Source: an uncultured Bacilli bacterium (GTDB taxonomy: Bacteria > Bacillota_I > Bacilli_A > RF39 > UBA660). From it: a stretch of DNA of 50,472 nt. The first letter of the stretch is position 1, and every line of letters starts with the position of its first letter. Below, piece by piece: positions 38,924 through 47,507 of the stretch. The DNA is taken from positions 1 to 50,472 of the forward strand of contig CALWAJ010000001.1 of assembly GCA_944373065.1 (NCBI GenBank), read 5' to 3'. The notes under the pieces are model-generated. The model was not told where the DNA came from. It worked only from the letters and a program-made list of their open reading frames with translations, and made no database searches. The translations under genes were made by a program, and so were the position numbers.

Positions 38924-38936
38924 AATTAATTACCCT
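38392..38936. repeat. 545-bp direct repeat, copy A (100% identical to 39697..40241)
   Basis: Line-by-line comparison shows no mismatch. It covers the RBS plus the first ~178 codons of both genes. Confidence 0.9.
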
Positions 38937-38938
38937 TT

Positions 38939-40228
38939 CTATATTACCTCTACTAAAGAAAGTTTATTTCCTTCATGTATAAAAATGAGATTAGCAAATG
39001 TTGGATAACCTAAGTCTTCTTTATACACAATTGAGACATCTACTTGATACGCAAAACTGTCATTAAAGTCAGGATTATAATTATAATTTATATTTTCGAT
39101 TTTCTCGATAAAAACATCTGTTACTTCTGGTAATTCACTGACATCATAATCTTCATCGTCTAAATAATAATAAACGCCATTTTTTAAAATTCTTTCCATT
39201 TTATCTCTAACATTTGAATGGACAAAATCCATACCACCAATATCATCACTAGATGTTTTATCATTTAAAGTATATAAATCCATTATAAACATTTTACTTA
39301 TTTGTGTAATATAAGCTTTTTCATCAATTTCTTGCTCATTTAAAATTCTTTCTAATTGATGGAACATTTCTTTATACCTATCATTTCTTGTTGGTTTTAA
39401 AATATAGTCATAGCCTTCTATTTCTTCTGGCATTTCAAAGTTTACCATTTCACAATATGTATTTTGTAATGATTCATAATCTGAAATAGAATACTCATTT
39501 TCGTTTTCAAAAAACTCTTTTAATTTAACCTCTTCATTGTTGATAGAAAAGGACATTATAATATTGTTTCCTCCAGAGTTTCGTAAATTTGATATACCAT
39601 TAACAGTTACAGTAACATTTCCTTGCATATCTATTTCACTTTTCCAACTTTGATTAATAATAAGCTTATTGACAAGTTCTTCTACCGTACCATTACTACA
39701 AGAATCAAGTTTATAATCATAGACTTGATCTATATATTTACTAGTATCAGTTAATAGAAATAAAGGATTAATTCTTAATATAATCATTACAATAAAAACA
39801 GTTGCCGATATTATCCATGCTATAAAATAACTTGGATTTTGATTTAATACTCTAAACCTTTTAAATAGATATTTTGGAATTATAATGTTATAAATTTTAT
39901 TTATGCCTAAAGTGTTCTCATCTAAACCTAATTTATTTAGTTTCTTATAATCTAATACTATAAATAAAATACTGAATATACACATTATCAATATTAAAAT
40001 TATAATTCCTAGATAATAAGATTTAGTTAAATACCAAACTGATAAATATATTAAAATTGATATAATTGGTAAAAGTGAAACTAACCATATGAATTTATTG
40101 GATACTTTTTTATTGTCTATTTTTGGTGTATCTTTCTTTTTATTTTTTAAAGGACAACCACAATGAATACAAACATCTAAAGTATCACTAACCTCTTTTC
40201 CACATTCCTTACATTTTATTAAAGCCAT
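38939..40228 (-). CDS. Zn-ribbon / 3-TM membrane protein, paralog with a different C-terminal domain
   Basis: The first 178 aa are identical to 37724..38923. The middle domain is similar but clearly diverged (many substitutions by eye). The C-terminal ~170 aa is unrelated. Confidence 0.7.
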   Translation of the reverse strand: MALIKCKECGKEVSDTLDVCIHCGCPLKNKKKDTPKIDNKKVSNKFIWLVSLLPIISILIYLSVWYLTKSYYLGIIILILIMCIFSILFIVLDYKKLNKLGLDENTLGINKIYNIIIPKYLFKRFRVLNQNPSYFIAWIISATVFIVMIILRINPLFLLTDTSKYIDQVYDYKLDSCSNGTVEELVNKLIINQSWKSEIDMQGNVTVTVNGISNLRNSGGNNIIMSFSINNEEVKLKEFFENENEYSISDYESLQNTYCEMVNFEMPEEIEGYDYILKPTRNDRYKEMFHQLERILNEQEIDEKAYITQISKMFIMDLYTLNDKTSSDDIGGMDFVHSNVRDKMERILKNGVYYYLDDEDYDVSELPEVTDVFIEKIENINYNYNPDFNDSFAYQVDVSIVYKEDLGYPTFANLIFIHEGNKLSLVEVI

Positions 40229-40241
40229 AATTAATTACCCT
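39697..40241. repeat. 545-bp direct repeat, copy B
   Basis: See copy A. Offset 1305 bp. Confidence 0.9.
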
Positions 40242-40243
40242 CC

Positions 40244-40654
40244 TTATGAATACATAACTGCTCCCACTATGGAATTAATTAATGTGATTATAAAGAAAAT
40301 AATACTTAAAGCTAAACCAGTAATAGCCATTGCCTTTTTATTTGAATTTAAACCAAAGGAACTAAAAATAATTCCAAGTATTGTAGTAGGATAACCTACT
40401 AAAGGTAATAACCAAGTTATAATAGAGCAAAGTCCTAATATCATTCCTACTAAAGCATAAGTATTTCTTTTTTGAAAATTATCATTTTTATTAACAAGAT
40501 GAAAACCACAGTAGCTACATATAGTATCATCTTTACTAACACCTTTGCCACACTCAGGACAAACTCTTTGTTTCAATTCATAGCCACAATGAATACATAC
40601 TGTAGCTTGATCGCTTACTTCTTTTCCACATTCCTTACATTTTATTAGTGCCAT
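40244..40654 (-). CDS. Double Zn-ribbon small membrane protein (2 TM)
   Basis: MALIKCKECGKEVSD...CIHCG then CPECG...CSYCG, followed by two TM helices. Start refined to the second ATG (AAAGGAG 8 nt upstream). Confidence 0.65.
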   Translation of the reverse strand: MALIKCKECGKEVSDQATVCIHCGYELKQRVCPECGKGVSKDDTICSYCGFHLVNKNDNFQKRNTYALVGMILGLCSIITWLLPLVGYPTTILGIIFSSFGLNSNKKAMAITGLALSIIFFIITLINSIVGAVMYS

Positions 40655-41045
40655 TGTCATTACTCCTTTTTAAAGTATCTGTATATCCATCAGTATCTGT
40701 ACATCTGATTTTATCTTTATTCATTTCACACTCATATTTCTTTATATTGTTAGAATAAAGATTAAATTTTACTTTATTGCCAATTTTTGTAATATCTTCT
40801 GGAATATATGTATTATTATCTCCAAACTCAACATCTACTGGTTTGTTATAATCACTTGAATATCCAAATTTAACCTCATTGGCATTTACAACTATTTCTG
40901 CTGTTAAATAATACCCCTCTTGATAGAAATAAACATATTTATATTCATTTCTATATTCTTCTGGTATTGAAGACAATTGTTTACTATCATTACAGCCTGT
41001 CAGCATAACTGTAACTATTAATAAACATAAAATTTTCTTTATCAT
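40635..41045 (-). CDS. Lipoprotein
   Basis: Signal peptide with lipobox VMLTGC. 136 aa. Confidence 0.65.
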   Translation of the reverse strand: MIKKILCLLIVTVMLTGCNDSKQLSSIPEEYRNEYKYVYFYQEGYYLTAEIVVNANEVKFGYSSDYNKPVDVEFGDNNTYIPEDITKIGNKVKFNLYSNNIKKYECEMNKDKIRCTDTDGYTDTLKRSNDNGTNKM

Positions 41046-41145
41046 TAAACTACACCTCTCTATAATAATAGATTATCACAGAGAAGATATTTTTACAACT
41101 GGCAGGCGACATTATATACAATTTTTATGTAAAATAAAAAGACAA

Positions 41146-41394
41146 CTACTTGTTGTCATCATTAATATCATCAAATAATTGTCTTATATCAATATCTAAA
41201 GCATTAGCAAATTTACCTAAAGCTTCAAGAGTTGGTGTTTTATCTACTGAAAGGCATTCAAGATCTCTTACGTATTGATGAGTAAATCCTGCTCTATCAG
41301 CTAATTCTTGTAGAGTATAATTTCTCATTTTTCGATACTTTCTTATGTTCTTTCTTACTAGTATAGATAAAGTCATTTTGTCATAATTTCTCAT
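41146..41394 (-). CDS. XRE-family HTH transcriptional regulator
   Basis: LRKYRKMRNYTLQELADRAGFTHQYVRDLE is a classic Cro/CI HTH. 82 aa. Confidence 0.85.
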   Translation of the reverse strand: MRNYDKMTLSILVRKNIRKYRKMRNYTLQELADRAGFTHQYVRDLECLSVDKTPTLEALGKFANALDIDIRQLFDDINDDNK

Positions 41395-41558
41395 AGGTAA
41401 TCACCACATTTCATAATACTATTATTGCAAATATTTTTTAAAACGTATGTCGCCTATGAGTTTAGAGGGATTATTGTATTAATTAAACACGGTGTAAACG
41501 ATTTTTCTTTAAGTAAACCTATAACACTAAACTAAATCAAATTAAATTAGAATAGTAA

Positions 41559-41879
41559 CTAGTGGCTTAATTCATCTAACTTTTTAAATATAGTAATTAT
41601 AATATTTCTTGTTTTCTCACTACCATTTAGAAATTCTAGTGCTTCTTCTTCACTCATTGTTAGTGTTCTAAAGTTAGTTGCCATATACTTTAATAGATCA
41701 TTAATTGGTGTTACTTTATCTTCTTGATTATCTATATTATCTCTAACTTTGATTATTTTAAAAGTTAATAGAACTAATTGTAGATCTACATCTTTTAATG
41801 GTGGTTTGTTATTCCATACTTCCTCTTGAAAATACTGCTCTATTAACTGTATTAAATTATCTAATGATTCTTTCACCAT
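41559..41879 (-). CDS. Hypothetical protein
   Basis: 106-aa ORF with an RBS (aagtgaggtg). Helical, no motif recognised. Confidence 0.45.
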   Translation of the reverse strand: MVKESLDNLIQLIEQYFQEEVWNNKPPLKDVDLQLVLLTFKIIKVRDNIDNQEDKVTPINDLLKYMATNFRTLTMSEEEALEFLNGSEKTRNIIITIFKKLDELSH

Positions 41880-42020
41880 AACACCTCACTTTCTTATACT
41901 TTAAATAAACAAATTAATCCCCAGTTAAACGATATAATTATTTAAAACAATATACAATACGATAATACTAATTAAACCAAATGTAAACCAATGATACAAC
42001 TATATTCTTAATATAATAAA

Positions 42021-42521
42021 TTACTTTTCAGCTACTAAAATTATACTGCCTATACTTTCTATTATTGGAAATATAATCTCATCAACATCCCTCATTTTTA
42101 AAGCTACTACAATAGCTAGTCCTTCTTCTTTCAGCTCTTTCAATAATGAAAATACTGTTTCACTATTACTATTAAGTAAATATTGAAAATCATTAATTAT
42201 TAAGATATTAACATTACTAGTATTGACTACATCTTTTAATGATTTTATATCAGTATCTTTGACATTTTTATATGCTATATCATTATCTAGTGTTATATTT
42301 CTTTTACCAATATACATTATTCTATTGGATTCATGTAACATTTCTATTAATTTCAATAGTAATTCTTTTCTATACTGTTTAGAATCTTCAAGAATAAACG
42401 TAATATCATGAATAACATTTTTCAAATTATAATCAAAGTTTTTTTCTAATATATCACTATAATCAATAATGAACACAGTACCTTTTCTACAATTAATAGT
42501 TATTCTTCTTAAATCTTTCAT
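42021..42521 (-). CDS. Hypothetical alpha/beta protein (Walker-B-like or STAS-like strand, no P-loop)
   Basis: VNILIINDFQYLLNSNSETVFSLLKELKEEGLAIVVALK. Separated by only 2 nt from the upstream 287-aa gene. Confidence 0.45.
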   Translation of the reverse strand: MKDLRRITINCRKGTVFIIDYSDILEKNFDYNLKNVIHDITFILEDSKQYRKELLLKLIEMLHESNRIMYIGKRNITLDNDIAYKNVKDTDIKSLKDVVNTSNVNILIINDFQYLLNSNSETVFSLLKELKEEGLAIVVALKMRDVDEIIFPIIESIGSIILVAEK

Positions 42522-42523
42522 AA

Positions 42524-43387
42524 TTAATTTCCAAGTAATAAGTCATATTCTTCTTTAACAATTTTAATCATACCTTGATGACTCATTTGTTTATTAGGTA
42601 GTTTCTCACTAAACTTAACTTTTCTATCTTTAAATACAGTAAAATCATCATAGAAAATATATCCTTTAGCAAAAGATTCTTTTAATTCATCTTCGTTTAG
42701 GTTATATAACCCAACTGGATAATTTAATAAACTAGCAAATAGTTTCCACTCATTATCAGTAGTAGGTTTATCAAACATTTCATAACGTACTACATCACAT
42801 CCAGCCACAATTTCATTACCTTGCTTAAATAAAATCTTGCTACCGGGTACAATCTTATTATCTTTGAAAGTAGCATCAATTCCAAAAATATTTGTTTTAG
42901 TCCAATTATCAATAGTAAGCATTCCTGCCACATAAGGATTATAATTTAGGACTATATACTCTAAACTATCATTACTATCAGTAATTGTTTCTTGCTTTAT
43001 ATCAATATAGCCTTTTAATTCAATAACTTCAAGATTAGATTTTTTATACTCATCTCTAACTTTTTGTATAATATTGCAATTATCTTCATAACATACTAAT
43101 ACATAGTTACGTTCTGGGATCATAGAAAGAACGTGTCCATGATTAATAAAATTATCTGATGTGTATTCAAACTCTAGTGTTACTCTATGTCCTTTATATT
43201 CAATATCATCAATATCAAAACCTCTTGATTTAGATGGTACTAATTTAGGAAAATCTAATTCCTCATGTAGTTTAGCAAAAGCCATAACTACTCCCAATTC
43301 TTCTTTAATATTTCCGTACATTGCTATTTTTTCCATTTTGCCATTCACCTCTAGTGCTATATTACTACACCTGTGGTGGTTAATCAA
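42524..43387 (-). CDS. Hypothetical two-domain protein: N-terminal PD-(D/E)xK-like nuclease core plus C-terminal PUA-like (EVE/ASCH-type) domain
   Basis: EELGVVMAFAKL...SRGFDIDDIEYKGHRVTLEFEY resembles an E...D...ExK/E restriction-fold core. The C-terminus YIVLNYNPY...PGSKILFKQGNEIVAGCDVV resembles PUA-like readers. The true start is probably MEKIAMYG (M18). Confidence 0.4.
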   Translation of the reverse strand: MINHHRCSNIALEVNGKMEKIAMYGNIKEELGVVMAFAKLHEELDFPKLVPSKSRGFDIDDIEYKGHRVTLEFEYTSDNFINHGHVLSMIPERNYVLVCYEDNCNIIQKVRDEYKKSNLEVIELKGYIDIKQETITDSNDSLEYIVLNYNPYVAGMLTIDNWTKTNIFGIDATFKDNKIVPGSKILFKQGNEIVAGCDVVRYEMFDKPTTDNEWKLFASLLNYPVGLYNLNEDELKESFAKGYIFYDDFTVFKDRKVKFSEKLPNKQMSHQGMIKIVKEEYDLLLGN

Positions 43388-43446
43388 GTACCTAAGGTAT
43401 AAAACAAATACACTTCAAGTTGTTAAAATTAAGTTAGGTGAGGAAA

Positions 43447-43824
43447 ATGATTATAAACGATAGAGAAAATTATGATAAAATTAGAGCTTCTATTTCCATG
43501 GATAATTTGAAAAAAATTATAGATGCTAAAGGTTTTACTACAACCAAAGTTGCTGTAGAATCTAAAATAAGCGATTCAGCTATTATTTCTTATATCTCTG
43601 GAAATAAGATACCCAGTCTTCCAGTGTTGATAAGTATAGCAAACTACCTAAATTGTAATTTAGATTATCTTGTTGGAAGAACTGATAATCCAATAAAAAT
43701 AGATGATATGAGTAAGTCATATAATGATAAAGATTTAATGTTGTTACTACAGAATATAAATTCTTTACCTAAAGATAAACAAGAACTAGTTAAGGCTTAT
43801 GTAAAAGGATTAATGGATAATTAA
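43447..43824 (+). CDS. XRE-family HTH regulator, divergent from the 287-aa gene
   Basis: KGFTTTKVAVESKISDSAIISYISGNKIPSLPVLISIANYLNCNLDYLVGR. ATG at 43447 preceded by aggtgagg. Confidence 0.8.
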   Translation: MIINDRENYDKIRASISMDNLKKIIDAKGFTTTKVAVESKISDSAIISYISGNKIPSLPVLISIANYLNCNLDYLVGRTDNPIKIDDMSKSYNDKDLMLLLQNINSLPKDKQELVKAYVKGLMDN

Positions 43825-43832
43825 TATAGAGA

Positions 43833-43897
43833 AGAAATATTACATATTATAATAATTAGATAAATGTAATTATATAGTAATGTAGTATTTCTTTTTT
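43833..43897 (+). terminator. Long hairpin terminator after the XRE gene
   Basis: agaaatattaca / tgtagtatttct stems plus TTTTTT. Confidence 0.55.
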
Positions 43898-43939
43898 GTT
43901 TGGAAAACGATTCTTAATTAGGATTTTACAACAATTAAA

Positions 43940-44605
43940 CTAATTTGCAACAGTTTTTAGAAAATATTCCCATTTATTTAGTTTTAGGTTTGGTACTATA
44001 TCACTGTTATTAAACTTGTTCCAATAATTAAGAATATCTTTGATATAAAGTAAACTTGGTAGTTTTTCATTCACTGCTACTTTTAAGGCTTTAAGGACTA
44101 AAGTAGCATTGTAAGTTTTAATTAATGTGTTAATTATAGTTTTTTCTTCATTAGTTAGAAATCGATAAAATGCTTCTTCAAATTCATCATAAACTTTTAT
44201 TTCTTCACTTATAAAATTTTTGTTATGTATGAAACTTTTAGAGTGGTTATTTACATTTTTGATGATGAAAAGTAATTTATCATAATAAGGACTAATTATT
44301 TTAAGTACATCATTAGTAATATAATGTGATGTTCCTCTACTTGTGTTATTAATTCTAATAATAAACTTACCTTCTCTATTCTTTAAACATCTTTTGTTTT
44401 TAGCAAGAAAAGGACGGACATTTTCAATAATAGTTCTAATTTTAGTCATAGTTTCTTCATTTAATTGGAATAGTTTTTCACCTTTATTAGGACCATAAAC
44501 TATTCCATTATCATAAACAGTTATTTTATAGTATTGATTTAGTTGTAAACTGATATACCATTTGTTAGTTCTCATATTGATTCTTCCTTTCATAGTATCG
44601 TGCAA
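43940..44605 (-). CDS. DnaD-domain-like replication protein
   Basis: The C-terminal ...TLVLKALKVAVNEKLPSLLYIKDILNYWNK resembles the DnaD/DnaB_2 C-terminal motif (YI..IL..W). Confidence 0.4.
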   Translation of the reverse strand: MHDTMKGRINMRTNKWYISLQLNQYYKITVYDNGIVYGPNKGEKLFQLNEETMTKIRTIIENVRPFLAKNKRCLKNREGKFIIRINNTSRGTSHYITNDVLKIISPYYDKLLFIIKNVNNHSKSFIHNKNFISEEIKVYDEFEEAFYRFLTNEEKTIINTLIKTYNATLVLKALKVAVNEKLPSLLYIKDILNYWNKFNNSDIVPNLKLNKWEYFLKTVAN

Positions 44606-45212
44606 CGTGTAACCACATTTGCACCAGTTGTAACAAAGTTAATTATAAGTTAGATATAACACTATATAAGTGTTAGTAATAAACAGGATTAGCCCATAAT
44701 ATAAACGTGAATGTTAGTTGCACGATTTAGTTTCTGATTTTTAGTTATAATTGTTATTAAACTAGTTGTTAGTTTCATAACTGTTATTGTTATTAGTAAT
44801 AGTTAAATTATTAGTTTTAGTAGTGTTATTGTTAAGTTAACTCTCTTTAGTATTAATATTATAAGGTTTGTGGTAAGCTGTGCCTTGAAAATTGCAGATC
44901 CGTTTCATGGACGTACCTAATCCACGGCGAGCCGGCATCGATAACCCTTATTTTATTCAATTTGTTTACCACAAAATAAACAAGTGTAACAAAGTTTGAT
45001 TATTTAGTAGTATAAACCATCGAGATTTTAGTTTTACACCAAATTCAACAGTTTATGAACAAATTGAAAGCCATATCTGCGTCTGGCAAATTTAAAATAC
45101 CCATTTGTATTGAATATTTTAAACTTACTTTAAAAGGTTTTTGTTTTTAATAATGTTAATACTGATATTAGTATTATTAGTATTGTTGTTTTTATTTCAA
45201 CCAGCATTAATA
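44606..45212. other. ~600-bp non-coding region: candidate element origin and/or structured RNA
   Basis: No credible ORF. AT-rich iterated tagt/ttatt runs. A 26-nt direct repeat (44852-44877 and 45206-45231). A ~50% GC island at 44877-44945 bracketed by the inverted repeat tttgtggtaa / ttaccacaaa. Confidence 0.5.
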
Positions 45213-45369
45213 TTATAAGGTTTGTGATAAGTAGTGCTGTTTTCGAGTTAGCTCTCGCCAAAGTTGTAAATCAATCGTTGATATATGTGGATAATTACTA
45301 TCTTTGATTAAAAGTTTTATGATAATAACTATCACTTCACTAATATATATGAAACATTTATATAATATC

Positions 45370-45666
45370 TTAACTTTTTGATATTTTTTCAACAATAAGT
45401 TTTTCTTTATCTGTAATCTTTAAGTGATACTTTTCTTTTAATGTCTTGTCTATGAGATAATATAACAAATTCTTTCCTTTATCATCTGTTAAGTAATATT
45501 CTTTAGAATCGTTAATAATTCCATCTAAACTCATATAATTTCTATTATTAAACCTAGTATAGAAAGCATTGATATTGCTTGCTACTAAAGAAGCAAAGAA
45601 AAACATATAATTAGTTTCCAAAGCATTTACATAGTCATCTATTGTATCTATAACTGCACTATCCAT
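45370..45666 (-). CDS. Hypothetical protein
   Basis: 98-aa ORF downstream of the PcfJ-like gene. Confidence 0.45.
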   Translation of the reverse strand: MDSAVIDTIDDYVNALETNYMFFFASLVASNINAFYTRFNNRNYMSLDGIINDSKEYYLTDDKGKNLLYYLIDKTLKEKYHLKITDKEKLIVEKISKS

Positions 45667-45682
45667 AACTTGCTCCTTTCTC

Positions 45683-47119
45683 CTATCTTATATATGAATT
45701 GTTGGAATAAATCATCTTGTTTTTTGCCCATTTATTAATAAAATTCATTTGTTCATTGTTTGGAAGATAATTATCCTTTATTCTACATTGAACTACTCTA
45801 TTGTTTTTAACTTCTATTGTAACAAGTGATTTTTCTTTATGCTCTATTTCTCTCATAAAATAAATATCAGTTTCTGCTAAAGCATAATCATCAATATATG
45901 TCTTAACACAATTGTTTTGTTGTTTTGACTCATCAAGTAAACTCTCTACTGAATTAGCTGCAAAGACTACATACTTTTTATCATTATAAGTAAACTTATC
46001 TAATAGTTTAGCACGTTCTTTAATTAATTTATCATTTGACTCATTAAGAACTAACTTTAATAAATTAATAGCCTTATCATGTGCTTCCTTAAGATTTTTA
46101 GGATATAATACCCTACTATTTTTCATATCATATTCTAATCTTACACAAGCCTTAAGATAGTCCAAATATTCATATTCACTATTATAATTAATAGATAAAA
46201 CTTTCTTATAAGCCTTTTCTAAATTAACATAATTAGATAGTTCTTTTAAATTACCTATCCCTTTAAGTTTATCAATTAACTTTATATCTTCTTTTTGTAT
46301 AATCTTCAATACTTCTAATTCCTGTCTATCAATATTATTTCTTTTCATAAATGGATAAAATGTTTTAGGTACTCCAAAAATCTCTTTAAATGTTTTTCCA
46401 CTATTGAAACTATCTGCTTCACGAGCTAAATTATAAAGTTTTAATTTTACTAACATTTCAAAACTATGATAATATGCTAGTCTTGTAAAATAGTAAATAA
46501 AATCTATATAACTCATCTTGGCTACAAACTTATCTAACTGCGAATATTTTAAGTCAGTATTTTTTAATAGCCTTTTTAAATTATACGGGCATACCATACC
46601 TTGAACATCTCTATAAGCCCAACGATAATTTCTACCTCGCCAATATTCAAACTCTTGATAATGTGCTATATACATATAACCCATATGGTTATGAACTTGG
46701 TTAGTTACAAAATCCTTAATCTCATTATTATCAATAATCGTTCTCATATATTCAGTTATTTTGTGGGTGGTATGAAACTGATTATAAGTAGAATATAATT
46801 CAAAAGTTCTTAAGATAAAGGTATCTTCAATTCTATCTAATAGTTGCAAGTTATCCTTAAATTCACATTGTTGTAAACGATCAGTTTTTACAAGTAATGT
46901 TTGCTTACAATTAGGACATTTGATTTCATCATTAACTTTTACTTTAGAGATAAAATGATAGTCACAATTAGTGCAATAACATTTACTATTCTTACTTTTA
47001 ATAATTAAATTATGAGTTTGTTCTTTTTCCTTAATAAATCTTTCAAAACAACTTGGAATTATAAACTTTTCATCTGCCAAAGATAATAGTCTTCTATACT
47101 TTTTCTTGATATATGTCAA
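45683..47119 (-). CDS. PcfJ-like protein with an N-terminal Zn ribbon
   Basis: CYCTNCDYHF...CPNCKQTL. The C-terminal ESKQQNNCVKTYIDDYALAETDIYFMR...SLVTIEV resembles the PcfJ-family HCV..Y core. It overlaps the PcfK-like gene. Confidence 0.5.
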   Translation of the reverse strand: MTYIKKKYRRLLSLADEKFIIPSCFERFIKEKEQTHNLIIKSKNSKCYCTNCDYHFISKVKVNDEIKCPNCKQTLLVKTDRLQQCEFKDNLQLLDRIEDTFILRTFELYSTYNQFHTTHKITEYMRTIIDNNEIKDFVTNQVHNHMGYMYIAHYQEFEYWRGRNYRWAYRDVQGMVCPYNLKRLLKNTDLKYSQLDKFVAKMSYIDFIYYFTRLAYYHSFEMLVKLKLYNLAREADSFNSGKTFKEIFGVPKTFYPFMKRNNIDRQELEVLKIIQKEDIKLIDKLKGIGNLKELSNYVNLEKAYKKVLSINYNSEYEYLDYLKACVRLEYDMKNSRVLYPKNLKEAHDKAINLLKLVLNESNDKLIKERAKLLDKFTYNDKKYVVFAANSVESLLDESKQQNNCVKTYIDDYALAETDIYFMREIEHKEKSLVTIEVKNNRVVQCRIKDNYLPNNEQMNFINKWAKNKMIYSNNSYIR

Positions 47120-47472
47120 AACTCTAACTCCAAAGATAATTGACCTGTCGGCTTATCTTCTTTCTTCTCTACTTTAGTTTTTAAAGTAATTGGTATAGGG
47201 TTATTTAACCCTAATTCTTCATTATCTTTTTGAAAATACTCTAAAGACCAATTATATACTATTTCATCTTCAATAACTGCTACATTATTTACTGCTTGTT
47301 CTTTAGCTTTACGATTAATATAACTCATCATTTGTGTTAAGTTCTTTTCTTGATTAAGATAAACATCACTCATATCTGGTACTTTGATTAGATATTCAAG
47401 AATAATACTTAAGGCATTATCATTTTTTCCATCATCTCTATATAACTGTTTTAGTCTTTCGTATCCATCCAT
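47116..47472 (-). CDS. PcfK-like protein (the family that includes the anti-CRISPR AcrIIA9)
   Basis: 118 aa. The pattern LEYLIK...MMSYINRKAKEQAVNNVAVIEDEIVYNWSLEYFQKDNEELG parallels PcfK-like proteins. Adjacent to a PcfJ-like gene, as on pCF10. Confidence 0.45.
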   Translation of the reverse strand: MDGYERLKQLYRDDGKNDNALSIILEYLIKVPDMSDVYLNQEKNLTQMMSYINRKAKEQAVNNVAVIEDEIVYNWSLEYFQKDNEELGLNNPIPITLKTKVEKKEDKPTGQLSLELEF

Positions 47473-47507
47473 TTCGTTAATCCTTTCACTGTGTCTATAC
47501 TAATTTT

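Noticed and set aside
40201-40215. TTTTCCACA (one mismatch from a DnaA box) recurring three times, at the starts of the Zn-ribbon genes.
   Set aside because: It is the antisense of the codons for the conserved peptide C-G-K-E (tgt gga aaa gag). The recurrence is explained by the protein-coding repeat.
41146-43824. The XRE genes as antitoxins of type II toxin-antitoxin pairs.
   Set aside because: No small toxin-family ORF (RelE, HigB, Zeta, HipA or similar) sits adjacent in operon position. The neighbours are larger unknown proteins, so a repressor role is the safer call.
44877-44945. The GC-rich island as a tRNA, a tmRNA fragment or a hammerhead/twister-type ribozyme.
   Set aside because: I could not fold a cloverleaf. 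There is no GTTCGAATC-type T-loop, and I found no CUGAUGA...GAAA hammerhead core on either strand. It is kept only as an unclassified candidate structured region.
45213-45395. 60-aa ORF at the edge of the non-coding region.
   Set aside because: It has no RBS and a hydrophobic, low-complexity sequence. It overlaps the 3' end of 45370..45666, the second 26-nt direct repeat and the perfect DnaA box, so it is more likely non-coding.
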